From a virus: a DNA stretch of 61,329 nucleotides. The notes under the pieces were generated by a model. The model saw only the letters and a list, made by a program, of their open reading frames with translations. It did no database searches and was not told the DNA's origin. Numbering within the stretch: the stretch's first letter is position 1; the number at the start of each line of letters is the position of its first letter. The stretch is from the IMG/VR virus record IMGVR_UViG_3300029825_000423, positions 1 through 61,329 of that record. The stretch is one strand, 5' to 3'. Shown here in pieces: positions 9,145 through 18,800 of the stretch. The position numbers were made by a program, and so were the translations under genes.

Positions 9145-9555
9145 GTGGGTATGTTCGGTAATTTTGTTAATGACGTGAAAACGGCTAAAGCAGAGAAAGC
9201 CGCGAAAGTCCAGTTACTTAATAAAATGGGTATACATACTCTCAGGGCAATTGCAAAGAGCAGGAAGATTAAGCTAACTTATTACGATGGCAATAAAGAC
9301 AAATGGCTTCCGATGCAGAAGAAAACGAACATAGTAAATAAGATGGCTAAGAACATTGATTATAGCGAAGTAATTGCAATCTGCAAAGCGCGCAAGATCT
9401 CAACAAGCATAGTGCAGAAAAAGACAGAAACGAAAACAAAGATGATAAAGGCGAATGAGGCACCATTGAAAGCGAGGGTAAAGGATAAGATAAGAACGAC
9501 TAAATCAGATGCTAAGAGGAAAGCAAAGATGGGTTTTATTAACTTGTTCATTTAA
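9145..9555 (+). CDS. Lys-rich protein with two HeH/SAP-like DNA-binding motifs
   Basis: LNKMGIHTLRAIAKSRKIK and VNKMAKNIDYSEVIAICKARKIS resemble Rho-N/HeH motifs. GTG start lies 7 nt after GGAGG. Confidence 0.55.
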   Translation: MGMFGNFVNDVKTAKAEKAAKVQLLNKMGIHTLRAIAKSRKIKLTYYDGNKDKWLPMQKKTNIVNKMAKNIDYSEVIAICKARKISTSIVQKKTETKTKMIKANEAPLKARVKDKIRTTKSDAKRKAKMGFINLFI

Positions 9556-9613
9556 TTTAGATATGTTTATATCAGATGACGTACGATAACTATATAATAA
9601 AAAATATTGGAGA

Positions 9614-9892
9614 GTGCGTAATATCGTATCAAGAGGAGTTATACAGTCAGGTGATAAGTATTTTTATGTATCTAGCGACGTAGACATGGTACCGCAGATA
9701 ATCAAGCAGGCTTATAAGTTTAAGCCCGATAGCGTGGACATGCTCATAAAACTGGCAAACGCTACATTCGGTCATGTTGGATGGATAACGCCGTATGCCG
9801 CTAAACAGGCAAAGGCGTTTTCGACAAGTTCAACGTGTTCTAGTGTATATAAACTGAACTTTTCAGCTAAGAAGCTCACCGTGGTGCGGTGA
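9614..9892 (+). CDS. Hypothetical small protein
   Basis: 92-aa ORF with an uncertain start. A T-rich terminator follows. Confidence 0.45.
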   Translation: MRNIVSRGVIQSGDKYFYVSSDVDMVPQIIKQAYKFKPDSVDMLIKLANATFGHVGWITPYAAKQAKAFSTSSTCSSVYKLNFSAKKLTVVR

Positions 9893-10034
9893 ATTACAGA
9901 AAAATCAAATAAATTGCTTTTTTCTTTTCTTACTTTTTTAATTAAATTCTTTTCTACAGTAGATAACTATTTATCCTTATAAAACAATATACATAGTGAT
10001 ATTGTTATTTCATATTATTTAATGAGGTGATTTT

Positions 10035-10175
10035 TTGCCAAAGGTTTTTACAAACGGTAACGGAACGTATCTTGTGACAATTCCAAAGAGTTTGATCAGG
10101 AAGCATAAGATTAGAGAAGGAACAGAAATAATTTGGTCAGAGTGCAAGGATGGTCTGAAGTTCAGGAGGCTTTGA
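10035..10175 (+). CDS. AbrB/SpoVT-like small DNA-binding protein (46 aa, TTG start)
   Basis: TTG lies 4 nt after GAGGTGA. Translation is LPKVFTNGNGTYLVTIPKSLIRKHKIREGTEIIWSECKDGLKFRRL. Paralogue of 4828..4971 and directly upstream of the giant fibre gene. Confidence 0.6.
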   Translation: MPKVFTNGNGTYLVTIPKSLIRKHKIREGTEIIWSECKDGLKFRRL

Positions 10176-10177
10176 AT

Positions 10178-13100
10178 ATGAAAAAATCTTTAGTGTTGGT
10201 GATACTCATCGGCATGATGTTGTTAGTGTCACCATATGTAAGCACTGTATCTGCGTTTGAAGACTCAGTTGAGAGATATGACACGGGGTACACTGATTTG
10301 TATACACCGCTTGAGTACACCGAGGGGAGTGTTGGACCTAAATCCTACTCGTTTGCGCCTGTGCAAGACCCAAGGGGGCTAACATGGAACACCGCATTAA
10401 AGCTCTCGATGTCGTCAGCAAAATATGGTGGGTACCCATTTTCACATACATGTCTGATTAAACCAAATGAGGCTGTATCCCCATCGTACTATTCATTCAA
10501 TGTACTTGCAGAGTCTTACGGAGGATACTACAGTGACCCCGCATCAACAGAATATTTGTATGTAAGAGTACTTGGAACTGATGGCACTATAGTAGCCGAC
10601 ATAGCAATAAGTTCAACAAACTATGCAGTAGCTGCAGGTGGGTCTAAGGTAGAGATAATTCAATCAGGTTCATACTATAACACTTACGTTGATGGTGTGC
10701 TAGTAGCATCAACTGTAGCAGGTATACCCAACTATGAAGGTGATGTGTATTTCTGTATTGGTGGAAAAATAACTACAAACGTTGGCGATTATAGTGCCAC
10801 GTCAATGAACTTATATTTTGATGATATGTCAGATTCCTCAATAATAGGCACAAAGAAAACATTCTCTGAAGTAGATGAAAAGATCACGTTCACATGGTCA
10901 AGCAAACTGATGCGATCAACTGAAGCTGCACAAAAAATTACACTGTATGCAATCACACCAACTACGGTAGGGAATGTAGACGAGTGGATAATACCTACTG
11001 ATGATGTCGCTAGTACTGCTGAGTTTGGGTACTTTGAGCTAAACAGAACATCAACACTTGAAGAAAATTACGGACTATATTTATTAGAGATGACTAGAGA
11101 TGATGTAATTCTTGCAGACACCTACATCTACTACGACAACTTAGCAGCACCTATAGGACTCCCTGAAGTATTATTCTCAGCCGGAAGTAACGTAGGTACG
11201 GAAATCAGAGATGCAGACAATAACGGAGGGATTATATCAAGTGGTGGGTCGGTATACCTATATCCAGATAATGCCTCTGGCATATATCCTGTAAGGTACA
11301 CACTACAAGGAACACCTTACTCCTTCACGGCGACTCTTAATGCAGTTTACGGAAACAGCTTAATAAACTCTACACCGTTTACCTTTGGAGGACTGAGTAA
11401 TAATTATGTTGTGACCCTTGATGGTGAAAGTCTTGCAGGTACTCATGCAAGTGGAGATTTAGTATTTGCGGATAATGTAACAGACGAAGAAACGGTAACT
11501 ATAGGCTCAGATGTATATGAGTTTGAGTCTATGGGAGGAGTGACAGGAGGGAATATTCAGGTAAATATAGGGAATATCAGTCAAACTGCTGAGAATCTAA
11601 CAACTGCAATAAACACAGCCGGGCTTAGTGCAGTATCATCATCAGTTGTTGAAACTCCTGCAAGTTCTGCATACTACTACTCGGATATTGAAATCACCAA
11701 TAATCCAGGGATTGCAGACTATCAGGCGAAAGTCACTATTCCATTTGAAACTGGAATGAGTACGGATTTCAGTAACATAAGATTCTTTGACAATGGAGTG
11801 AGTATACCGTACTGGATAGAGTCAAAAACGGATTCAACTTCTGCGGTGGTCTGGATTCCGATTTCTACGGGATCAGATATTTCCTGTAGATGGGGTATCG
11901 AAGGGGAAACAGTAAGCGAAAGTTCAATATCTGATGTAATGGACTTCGGAGATGATTTTAATAGCGGTGTTATAAATTCATCAATATGGAACTCTTACGG
12001 TACGGTAAGCGTTTCTGATGGGATAGCCACTATAACAGGCACAAGTGAATATAGCTATTTATGTTCTATAAATACATACGGTGTAAATTACGTTTTAATG
12101 AGCCGGTCATCTATAGGCTACGGTGAAACATGCAGTATTGGGTTTTCATCAGGGAGTACAGGAAATGGAGTTTTATTTAGATATGATTGGCCTACAACAG
12201 GTGAATACAATACTTTATCAAGACAATCATTCGAAGTTAAAACATACTCTGCTATAGGTTCAGGGTATAGCGGTTATCACAAATGGGAGTTGTTAAGAGA
12301 TGGGGGTACCACTAATAAATTTAAAATTGATGGCTCTTATGTAGGTTCTAATCATACAACTAACGTATTAACAAGTCAATTAAGCGCGTATTGTGGAGCA
12401 TATAAATCAAATGTATTAGTTGATTGGATAGCTGTACGAAAATATGCTGCAACTGAACCAACTCTCAGCGTAGGAGCATCTCAAGTAAGTCCAGAAAGCG
12501 CACCTGTAACGTCAGTACACATAGTATCAGACAGTATAGGGACATTGGCAAACAGCATAACAACCACAGAAACGTGCACAAATGCAGCGTTTGAAGCTGA
12601 AACACTTACGGGGGGGTCTGGTGGATCAATAGTAAACACGCCTACATGGTCATATGAAATTACTGATTGGACAAATCTTGCAACTCACATATTTAGCTTT
12701 TCACCTGACCTCACCGTCCCTGGCGTTTACGGGTACGTGAAAGACGTAAGTACACAAGCTGCAATACAGTCTGCAACAGTTACAATTGTAGGACCAAACT
12801 CCACACAGTATGTGTATACAGATGAAAATGGGTTCTACTATTTAACAAACGGAATGGAACTTAACGAACAGTATACAGTCTCAGCAGCGAAATCAGGTTA
12901 TACACAAGGGGTCAGCTTCACTGTCTCCACTACAGCAGGTGCAACAACAAGGAAAGATTTGTATATGGACCCAGTTGCTTCGGGTGGTTCGGGCATTTAT
13001 TACTCTCCGCATTATGTAAGATTTGTGGTGACTGATAAATATTTATTTGAGCGGTATTCGGGTGCCAACGTGACAATTTCGGGGACGAACGCAACCACGA

Positions 13101-13837
13101 CGACGCAGATGACCGGCACTGATGGCGCGTGTGGCTTTGAGATGACCACGAGCACCCGATACGCTGTAAATACGGTATACGGTGGCGTAAACCAGACGGA
13201 TTACATAACACCAACTGAAAACAGTTATTACATAATACTGGATGCAACCGGAACTTCGTTATTGCCGACCTCGCAATTTTACGAGACCTGTAACATAACA
13301 ATAACAAAGAACGAAGTCAACTCGTCACATGCGACAATTACAACGATGTACAGTGATACCGGGACTGGTACTAATTCGGTATACTTTGTATTGGGACAAA
13401 CTTACGAAAATAATAATACGTTGAATGTGATGGAAACGAGCAACGTTGGCACTGGAAACATGACGTACACGTTTACTGTGCAGGATTACGTTGGCGAAGA
13501 TTATGTAATAAAAGTGGTGGTTGACCATGACAGTTTCGGAGATGTTGAAAAGTATTATGGTATAAATTTCCCAGGTAGTGCTTTACCATTCAAGGGCAAT
13601 ATGATAATTGCGCTTGTTGTGTTGGTGTTTTTCGTCGTTGCGATGCAATGGGGAAAAGCAGATGCGCATATGGGGGCAGTCTTGATATGCGGGCTTGGAT
13701 GGTGGTTCTATTACTTGGATATATTCGAGAAGCTGGGAAGTGCTACAAATACTGTGATAGGGGTTGGTTTGGGACTTGCGACGGTTTACGCGGTCCTAAG
13801 TATGATAAACAAGAAACGGGACGAAGGAGGAATTTAA
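10178..13837 (+). CDS. Giant secreted fibre/adhesin-like virion protein with C-terminal membrane anchor (1,219 aa)
   Basis: ATG 10178 follows GGAGG. Signal peptide is MKKSLVLVILIGMMLLVSPYVSTVSA. A central DUF2341-like segment (YQAKVTIPFETGMSTDFSNIRFFDNGVSIPYWIES) is followed by a LamG-like segment. There are two carboxypeptidase-regulatory-like beta-sandwich segments (GYVKDVSTQAAIQSATVTIVG..ENGFYYL) and 2-3 C-terminal TM helices. Confidence 0.85.
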   Translation: MKKSLVLVILIGMMLLVSPYVSTVSAFEDSVERYDTGYTDLYTPLEYTEGSVGPKSYSFAPVQDPRGLTWNTALKLSMSSAKYGGYPFSHTCLIKPNEAVSPSYYSFNVLAESYGGYYSDPASTEYLYVRVLGTDGTIVADIAISSTNYAVAAGGSKVEIIQSGSYYNTYVDGVLVASTVAGIPNYEGDVYFCIGGKITTNVGDYSATSMNLYFDDMSDSSIIGTKKTFSEVDEKITFTWSSKLMRSTEAAQKITLYAITPTTVGNVDEWIIPTDDVASTAEFGYFELNRTSTLEENYGLYLLEMTRDDVILADTYIYYDNLAAPIGLPEVLFSAGSNVGTEIRDADNNGGIISSGGSVYLYPDNASGIYPVRYTLQGTPYSFTATLNAVYGNSLINSTPFTFGGLSNNYVVTLDGESLAGTHASGDLVFADNVTDEETVTIGSDVYEFESMGGVTGGNIQVNIGNISQTAENLTTAINTAGLSAVSSSVVETPASSAYYYSDIEITNNPGIADYQAKVTIPFETGMSTDFSNIRFFDNGVSIPYWIESKTDSTSAVVWIPISTGSDISCRWGIEGETVSESSISDVMDFGDDFNSGVINSSIWNSYGTVSVSDGIATITGTSEYSYLCSINTYGVNYVLMSRSSIGYGETCSIGFSSGSTGNGVLFRYDWPTTGEYNTLSRQSFEVKTYSAIGSGYSGYHKWELLRDGGTTNKFKIDGSYVGSNHTTNVLTSQLSAYCGAYKSNVLVDWIAVRKYAATEPTLSVGASQVSPESAPVTSVHIVSDSIGTLANSITTTETCTNAAFEAETLTGGSGGSIVNTPTWSYEITDWTNLATHIFSFSPDLTVPGVYGYVKDVSTQAAIQSATVTIVGPNSTQYVYTDENGFYYLTNGMELNEQYTVSAAKSGYTQGVSFTVSTTAGATTRKDLYMDPVASGGSGIYYSPHYVRFVVTDKYLFERYSGANVTISGTNATTTTQMTGTDGACGFEMTTSTRYAVNTVYGGVNQTDYITPTENSYYIILDATGTSLLPTSQFYETCNITITKNEVNSSHATITTMYSDTGTGTNSVYFVLGQTYENNNTLNVMETSNVGTGNMTYTFTVQDYVGEDYVIKVVVDHDSFGDVEKYYGINFPGSALPFKGNMIIALVVLVFFVVAMQWGKADAHMGAVLICGLGWWFYYLDIFEKLGSATNTVIGVGLGLATVYAVLSMINKKRDEGGI

Positions 13838-13838
13838 A

Positions 13839-14219
13839 TTGAATGCTCAAAAACTTGCATTTTTTGTAATTGCGTTCAGTTTGGCTGGTGTGGTTGTTAA
13901 CGAATCGGGGATCTTTAACCCCGTTCAAGTTTATACCGTCGATGAAATTGATAGTGAGTTTTCAAGTGGTGTCACGGAGATAGACGGGACGCGTGCGGAG
14001 GATGACCTACGAAGCAATTTCGACGGGTGGGCGATGGTCTTTAAAACGATTGGGTTGTTTGCCACGGTGCTGGGCGTGCTTGTAATCCCGTATAATTATC
14101 TTACGGACCTTGGAGTTAACGCGAGTTTTGCGCTGGCAGTCCAGGTAATTGCAAACCTCACCGTAATATGGGGAGTGATACAGTTCTTATCCGGAAGAAG
14201 CACAAAGGGGATGGACTGA
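13839..14219 (+). CDS. Membrane protein
   Basis: TTG start lies 8 nt after GGAGG. Contains TM helices. TGATG overlap with the next gene. Confidence 0.6.
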   Translation: MNAQKLAFFVIAFSLAGVVVNESGIFNPVQVYTVDEIDSEFSSGVTEIDGTRAEDDLRSNFDGWAMVFKTIGLFATVLGVLVIPYNYLTDLGVNASFALAVQVIANLTVIWGVIQFLSGRSTKGMD

Positions 14220-14854
14220 TGAAAAAAATAATTTGCATAATTGCTTTGCTGTTATTCGCTGGGATTGCTCATGGAGCTCCTACACTCACAGCAAACGACA
14301 GAACGGTATTAGCTGAACAGTCGTGTAATTTCTCATTTACATCAAGCGAGGTGTTTACTACCGCCCACTTCTTTTTAAACGGGGTAGAAAGTACTACACC
14401 AAACAGTTATTATGTATATACAATGCCAGAAGAGGGTGAATATTACAACGTATCGGTGTTCGTTGAAAGCGCGAGCGGTGGTTCTGACATGTTGTATATG
14501 CGGGGAACCGTCCCGCGCACACTTGCAAACACAACGTTGGGACAGTTCAGCGAAACCGAATATGTTAATTTGGCTGAAAACCTTGAAAACGGTGATTGGG
14601 AGGGGCTTCTTGGAAATAGCATGAATCCGTTTGAAGAGCTTATGGGAAAATCTGTATATATAATTCTCTTCCTGTTACCATTCGGGTTAATGTGGAAGAG
14701 GCAGGAGTTTATGACAATTCCAGTGGTCGTGAGCATGATAATTGGTTGTATAATTATCGGGTTCATACCTGAACAGTACAAGACATTTATCACACTGATG
14801 ATAATATTGTCATTCGCGGTGAACCTATACATGCTCGGACGGGACAGAAATTAA
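14219..14854 (+). CDS. Secreted protein with C-terminal TM helices
   Basis: ATG 14219 gives MKKIICIIALLLFAGIAHG (signal peptide). Three C-terminal TM segments. Confidence 0.7.
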   Translation: MKKIICIIALLLFAGIAHGAPTLTANDRTVLAEQSCNFSFTSSEVFTTAHFFLNGVESTTPNSYYVYTMPEEGEYYNVSVFVESASGGSDMLYMRGTVPRTLANTTLGQFSETEYVNLAENLENGDWEGLLGNSMNPFEELMGKSVYIILFLLPFGLMWKRQEFMTIPVVVSMIIGCIIIGFIPEQYKTFITLMIILSFAVNLYMLGRDRN

Positions 14855-14869
14855 AGGAGTTGGTAACAC

Positions 14870-15481
14870 ATGAAAGATTTTAAGTCCAACGAAACAGCGG
14901 GTTCCATGCTGATTCTAACGCTTGGAACTGCGTTTTTCGTTTTTGGTTTAATGTATGTGATATTTTCGTATTCGTTCAATATCCCTATACAGGGGTTTAA
15001 CGATTTTGTTGCAGATGGTATGATATCCCAAGACACAAAGGACGCGCTTGATATGGCGTTTGATATGTGGAAAGCGTCACCGTTTTTTGTGGTGGTTGGG
15101 CTGATTCTGTATGCATTTGAACGGTCGAAGGGGTCTGAGATTCCGGCACAGTTGTATCTTGAGTATCTTTTCTTGATGATAATTGGGATTATATCATCAA
15201 CGTTCCTCGTATATGGACTTGGAATTGCCATGGATGCGATAACCAGCACAATGGACGCAACAACGATAGTCAACGTGGGTGAAGCGTGGGAAATGTCAAG
15301 TGATAGACACTTTTACATCAAATTGATGTATTACATTCTCATGCTGCCAGCGTGGTTGACATCGTTGTTATACATGTTCTTCCCGATTATTCAGCAGAGG
15401 GAAAATACATTCTTTACAATGGATAATGACGACGAACCGGATTTCACAGAAGATGTTGAAATGGCACTTGGTCAGTTCTAA
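14870..15481 (+). CDS. Polytopic membrane protein
   Basis: 203-aa ORF with 4-5 TM helices, an RBS GGAG and an acidic C-terminus. Confidence 0.7.
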   Translation: MKDFKSNETAGSMLILTLGTAFFVFGLMYVIFSYSFNIPIQGFNDFVADGMISQDTKDALDMAFDMWKASPFFVVVGLILYAFERSKGSEIPAQLYLEYLFLMIIGIISSTFLVYGLGIAMDAITSTMDATTIVNVGEAWEMSSDRHFYIKLMYYILMLPAWLTSLLYMFFPIIQQRENTFFTMDNDDEPDFTEDVEMALGQF

Positions 15482-15570
15482 CTTCTTCTTTTTCTTTTTT
15501 GTAAAAAGTTACTTATAGTTTAACTGCCTAATATTATTATAGTATAAACGTTTTTTGGAGGTTATAGAAA

Positions 15571-15813
15571 ATGTATCTGATTACCGTTCGGTTTAATTAT
15601 GGTCCGTTCAGAACGAAACGCGACGCCGCAATTGCAAAGAAAAGAATAAAAGTGAGCAATGCTACACTTGGTGCAATTACAAAGCGGGGCAGTGGATATG
15701 GTTTTACCGGTTTACTGAAATATTCTGCTAAAGATGCCGCAACGAAGGCAAAAGCAGTGAAACTCATAAAAGAAAATGCGCCTTCTGCAAGAATAAGCGT
15801 ATCAAAAAGGTGA
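15571..15813 (+). CDS. Small basic protein (two copies of the family motif)
   Basis: RBS is GGAGG. Contains FRTKRDAAIAKKRIK and YSAKDAATKAKAVKLIKENAPSARISV. Confidence 0.6.
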   Translation: MYLITVRFNYGPFRTKRDAAIAKKRIKVSNATLGAITKRGSGYGFTGLLKYSAKDAATKAKAVKLIKENAPSARISVSKR

Positions 15814-15817
15814 GCTC

Positions 15818-18800
15818 ATGGCGTATGTAGATAGTAGCGGGAAAACTCATGTAAGTGTATCAGAGGCCGCTAGTGGATACGCCGCGAAACACACTGCTTC
15901 GAGGAATGCAAGCGGGCAGATCGTAGGGGATTCTACGGGGTCCCGGTATGTGAGGGAACAGGAAACGAAACGAAACGCCGCAGTGGAGCAAGCGAGCAAA
16001 CTTGAAGCTGCAAAAAAGCAGACGACTAATTTCTTTTCGCGGGACCGCGCGGGAAATGTGACAATCGCGCAAACAGGGGAGCGTGTAAGGCAAACACAAA
16101 GCATCGTAAACCAGGTAAAGAAGTTTGGCAACACCAACGCAAATAAACAGAGCCTTGTGTCGTATGCAAAAAATCTCTATGGCGCAGGTAAGTCAATTGC
16201 TGCAGGGAAGGAACTCACTGACAAACAGCGCGCAGCAGTGGATAGGTTCAGCACGAATAAAGAATTTAGGCACTCCAACATCGCGAAAGAGATAGACCGG
16301 TCAGGAAAGGGCCTCTCAACGTGGTTGAAAAAGAAAACTTATGCGGTTGAAGCAACGAAGGCAACTGAAAATATACCGGTCGTTGGGTCGGTTGTGCAGG
16401 GGCTGTATAGCGTTACTGACGTCGGGAACGCGGCTGGCGAAGTAGCGTATGGCATTGAACGATGGACACAGAAAAACGAGAACGCGCCGGGCGGGTCATC
16501 GTTTCTTCCGTCAATTCCAGTCGGTGCTGGTATCGTAGTCCAGTCATTTGAAGATGATCCGATTCGATTTGCGACTGAACTCGTTGTGATGGATGGGGTA
16601 GGAAAAGTCGCCGGAAAAGCAAAAGTCAAAACGATTGACGGTGTCGGGAAAACCAAATCCGCTGTATCGAATTACGTGAAATCGGCTAAACCGCTGGATG
16701 ATGCCGGGAATTTTGACATTACGAATTTTGCAAAAGGCAGACCGAATGATCTTACAAACATCAAAACGGAAAACACAGTTTCTGAGAGAAACATACCTAA
16801 ACTAAAAAAGAAACTCGCGAGACTCGAAAAGTCGAGTCCGGAAAACCGAGCCGAAATCCGTGGGCTTAAGCGAGTTATACGCGCTTCAGAGAATTCAACG
16901 AAAAAAGGGAGGGCAGTAGAATCGCTCGGAAAAGAGAATTATAGCAATGTCAAAGAGATTGCCAGCATGAAGGGGTTCGATGCGGAATTGACAAAACTCC
17001 GAGACATGAAGAGTTTCGCAGACAATTACATGGTAGAAGGCAAATATGTAAATTCCGGCATTACTGAAAGCGCAGCAGAAAATGTATTGGCCCGACTCAC
17101 TAAATCCGAATTGTCGGAGTTGCAAGCGCTGAACGAGGGCACAACCGTCGCAGCAAAGCGGTCCGCAAAGATAAAGGAAAACAAAGCACTCCACACGAAA
17201 AGAAACAGAGAAATTCGGACAAAAAGAGCAATTGAAAAGGTTAAACACCCGGTTGATAAAGCGGTTAAAAAACTTAACGAGCGTTTTACAAAAAGGGAAA
17301 GGCAGGTGGAGTTCGACGAATTCACTTTCAAGAAAAATCTTGATGATGCACTCGGTGATTACAATAAGAAATTGCAATCGGGAACACAAAACGACAGGAT
17401 ATTTGACGAAGTACTGGAATCAAAGAAAACGCAATTGTTTGATCGAAAATTACGTGAATTAAAATCGGATGCTGAATTCGACAAAGCTCTTGCAGAACTG
17501 AAAGAGATGAAAACGTTTTCAGACAATTACATGGCGGAAGGTAAATACAAAAACGTTGCAGAAAAACAATTCACTGAATCCAATCTGCAGGAAGCGCTTG
17601 ACGGAATAAAGCTATCAGAGAAACTTGAAATTGACGCAATGAACCAGGGAAAAACAAGAACACAAATCGTAAAGGAAAAAGCAGGGCGACGTAAAAAAAT
17701 CGAGCGTGACTGGAAGATAAAGCGCCCAGTGCAAAAGGTAAAAACTGGAATATCTAAAGCTGGAAAATCTGTGGAATCGAACAAGTATGTTAAAAGCGCG
17801 GTATCGAAAGTGAAGAAGGCAATTCCAACGAAAAACATAGTCAAAGACCCAAAAGTCGATGAGTATGCATTACTGAAAGATATTGACAGCGAAGTTTCCG
17901 CGTACAGAAAAGCACAGTCAACAGCAGAGAAAAGAACACTTGCAGACAAGGAATTCGACGCAGAACTTGAAAATCTAAAAGTTAAAGAGTTCGATGACGT
18001 GTTGGAATTCGATAAGAGGCTTGCTGAACTTCGCGAAATGAAGAAGTTTGCAGACAGTTTGATGGAAGAGGGCAAGTACAAGAACGTTCGAAAATCCGAG
18101 CATAAGCAAATTTCAGCGACTAAAATTAGAAGGTCAAGGGAATCGCTCAAGAAAGCCAGAGAAATTGAACACGCGAAGGCCAAAGAGATCCTGAGAGATG
18201 CCAGAAAGACAAAAGAAAATGACGTGTTGCCAAGTGACATAACAGATGTTAAGGGGTATCGCAGGGCAAAACAAATGTCATCGAAATTGACAATGAAAGA
18301 CATTGCAAAACAAAAGGCGATGAAGAAATACGGGGCAGGGGTTGAACCTGGCAGATACGATGCATTCAAAGAGTCAATGCGGGAATTCAACAAGGAAGCC
18401 GATGCTAGGAGAAATAAAAAGCCACTCAATGATATGAACACGCCCGAAAATGAATTCTATGATATCACGAACAACATAAAACAAGTTGAAATTGATCTTG
18501 GCGAGGTAGCAAAGACGATTGAAGAATCGCAGCACATACCGAAGTCAAGTCGTATATATGAGTTTAAAAAGGAAGTTGTATCTAAACAAAGATCCGATAT
18601 TATAGATAAAAATATTGATACATATAAATCGGAAAGGGAAAGATTATTTGGGGCAGTGAGAAAAATAGAATCTGAAATCGGCGTAACAAACAAAGCTAAG
18701 AAAAGTAAAAACCCGTGGGCTGGTCAAAAGCCGTCCGACACGAAGGTAGACATTGATTTGCCGGACGCAGCAAAACTCAAAAAGCTGCAAAGCGAAATTG

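Noticed and set aside
13040-13180. Locally GC-richer stretch inside the fibre gene as a sign of recombination/mosaicism
   Set aside because: This is only a by-eye impression. The reading frame and domain structure are continuous. A windowed GC computation would be needed before claiming anything.
17527-18441. 304-aa minus-strand ORF (also 19405..20112, 16895..17389 and others) inside the 1,450-aa gene
   Set aside because: It lies antisense to a Lys/Glu-rich (AAG/AAA/GAA) coding region, which automatically yields long Phe/Leu/Ser-rich open frames. It has no RBS and a low-complexity composition.
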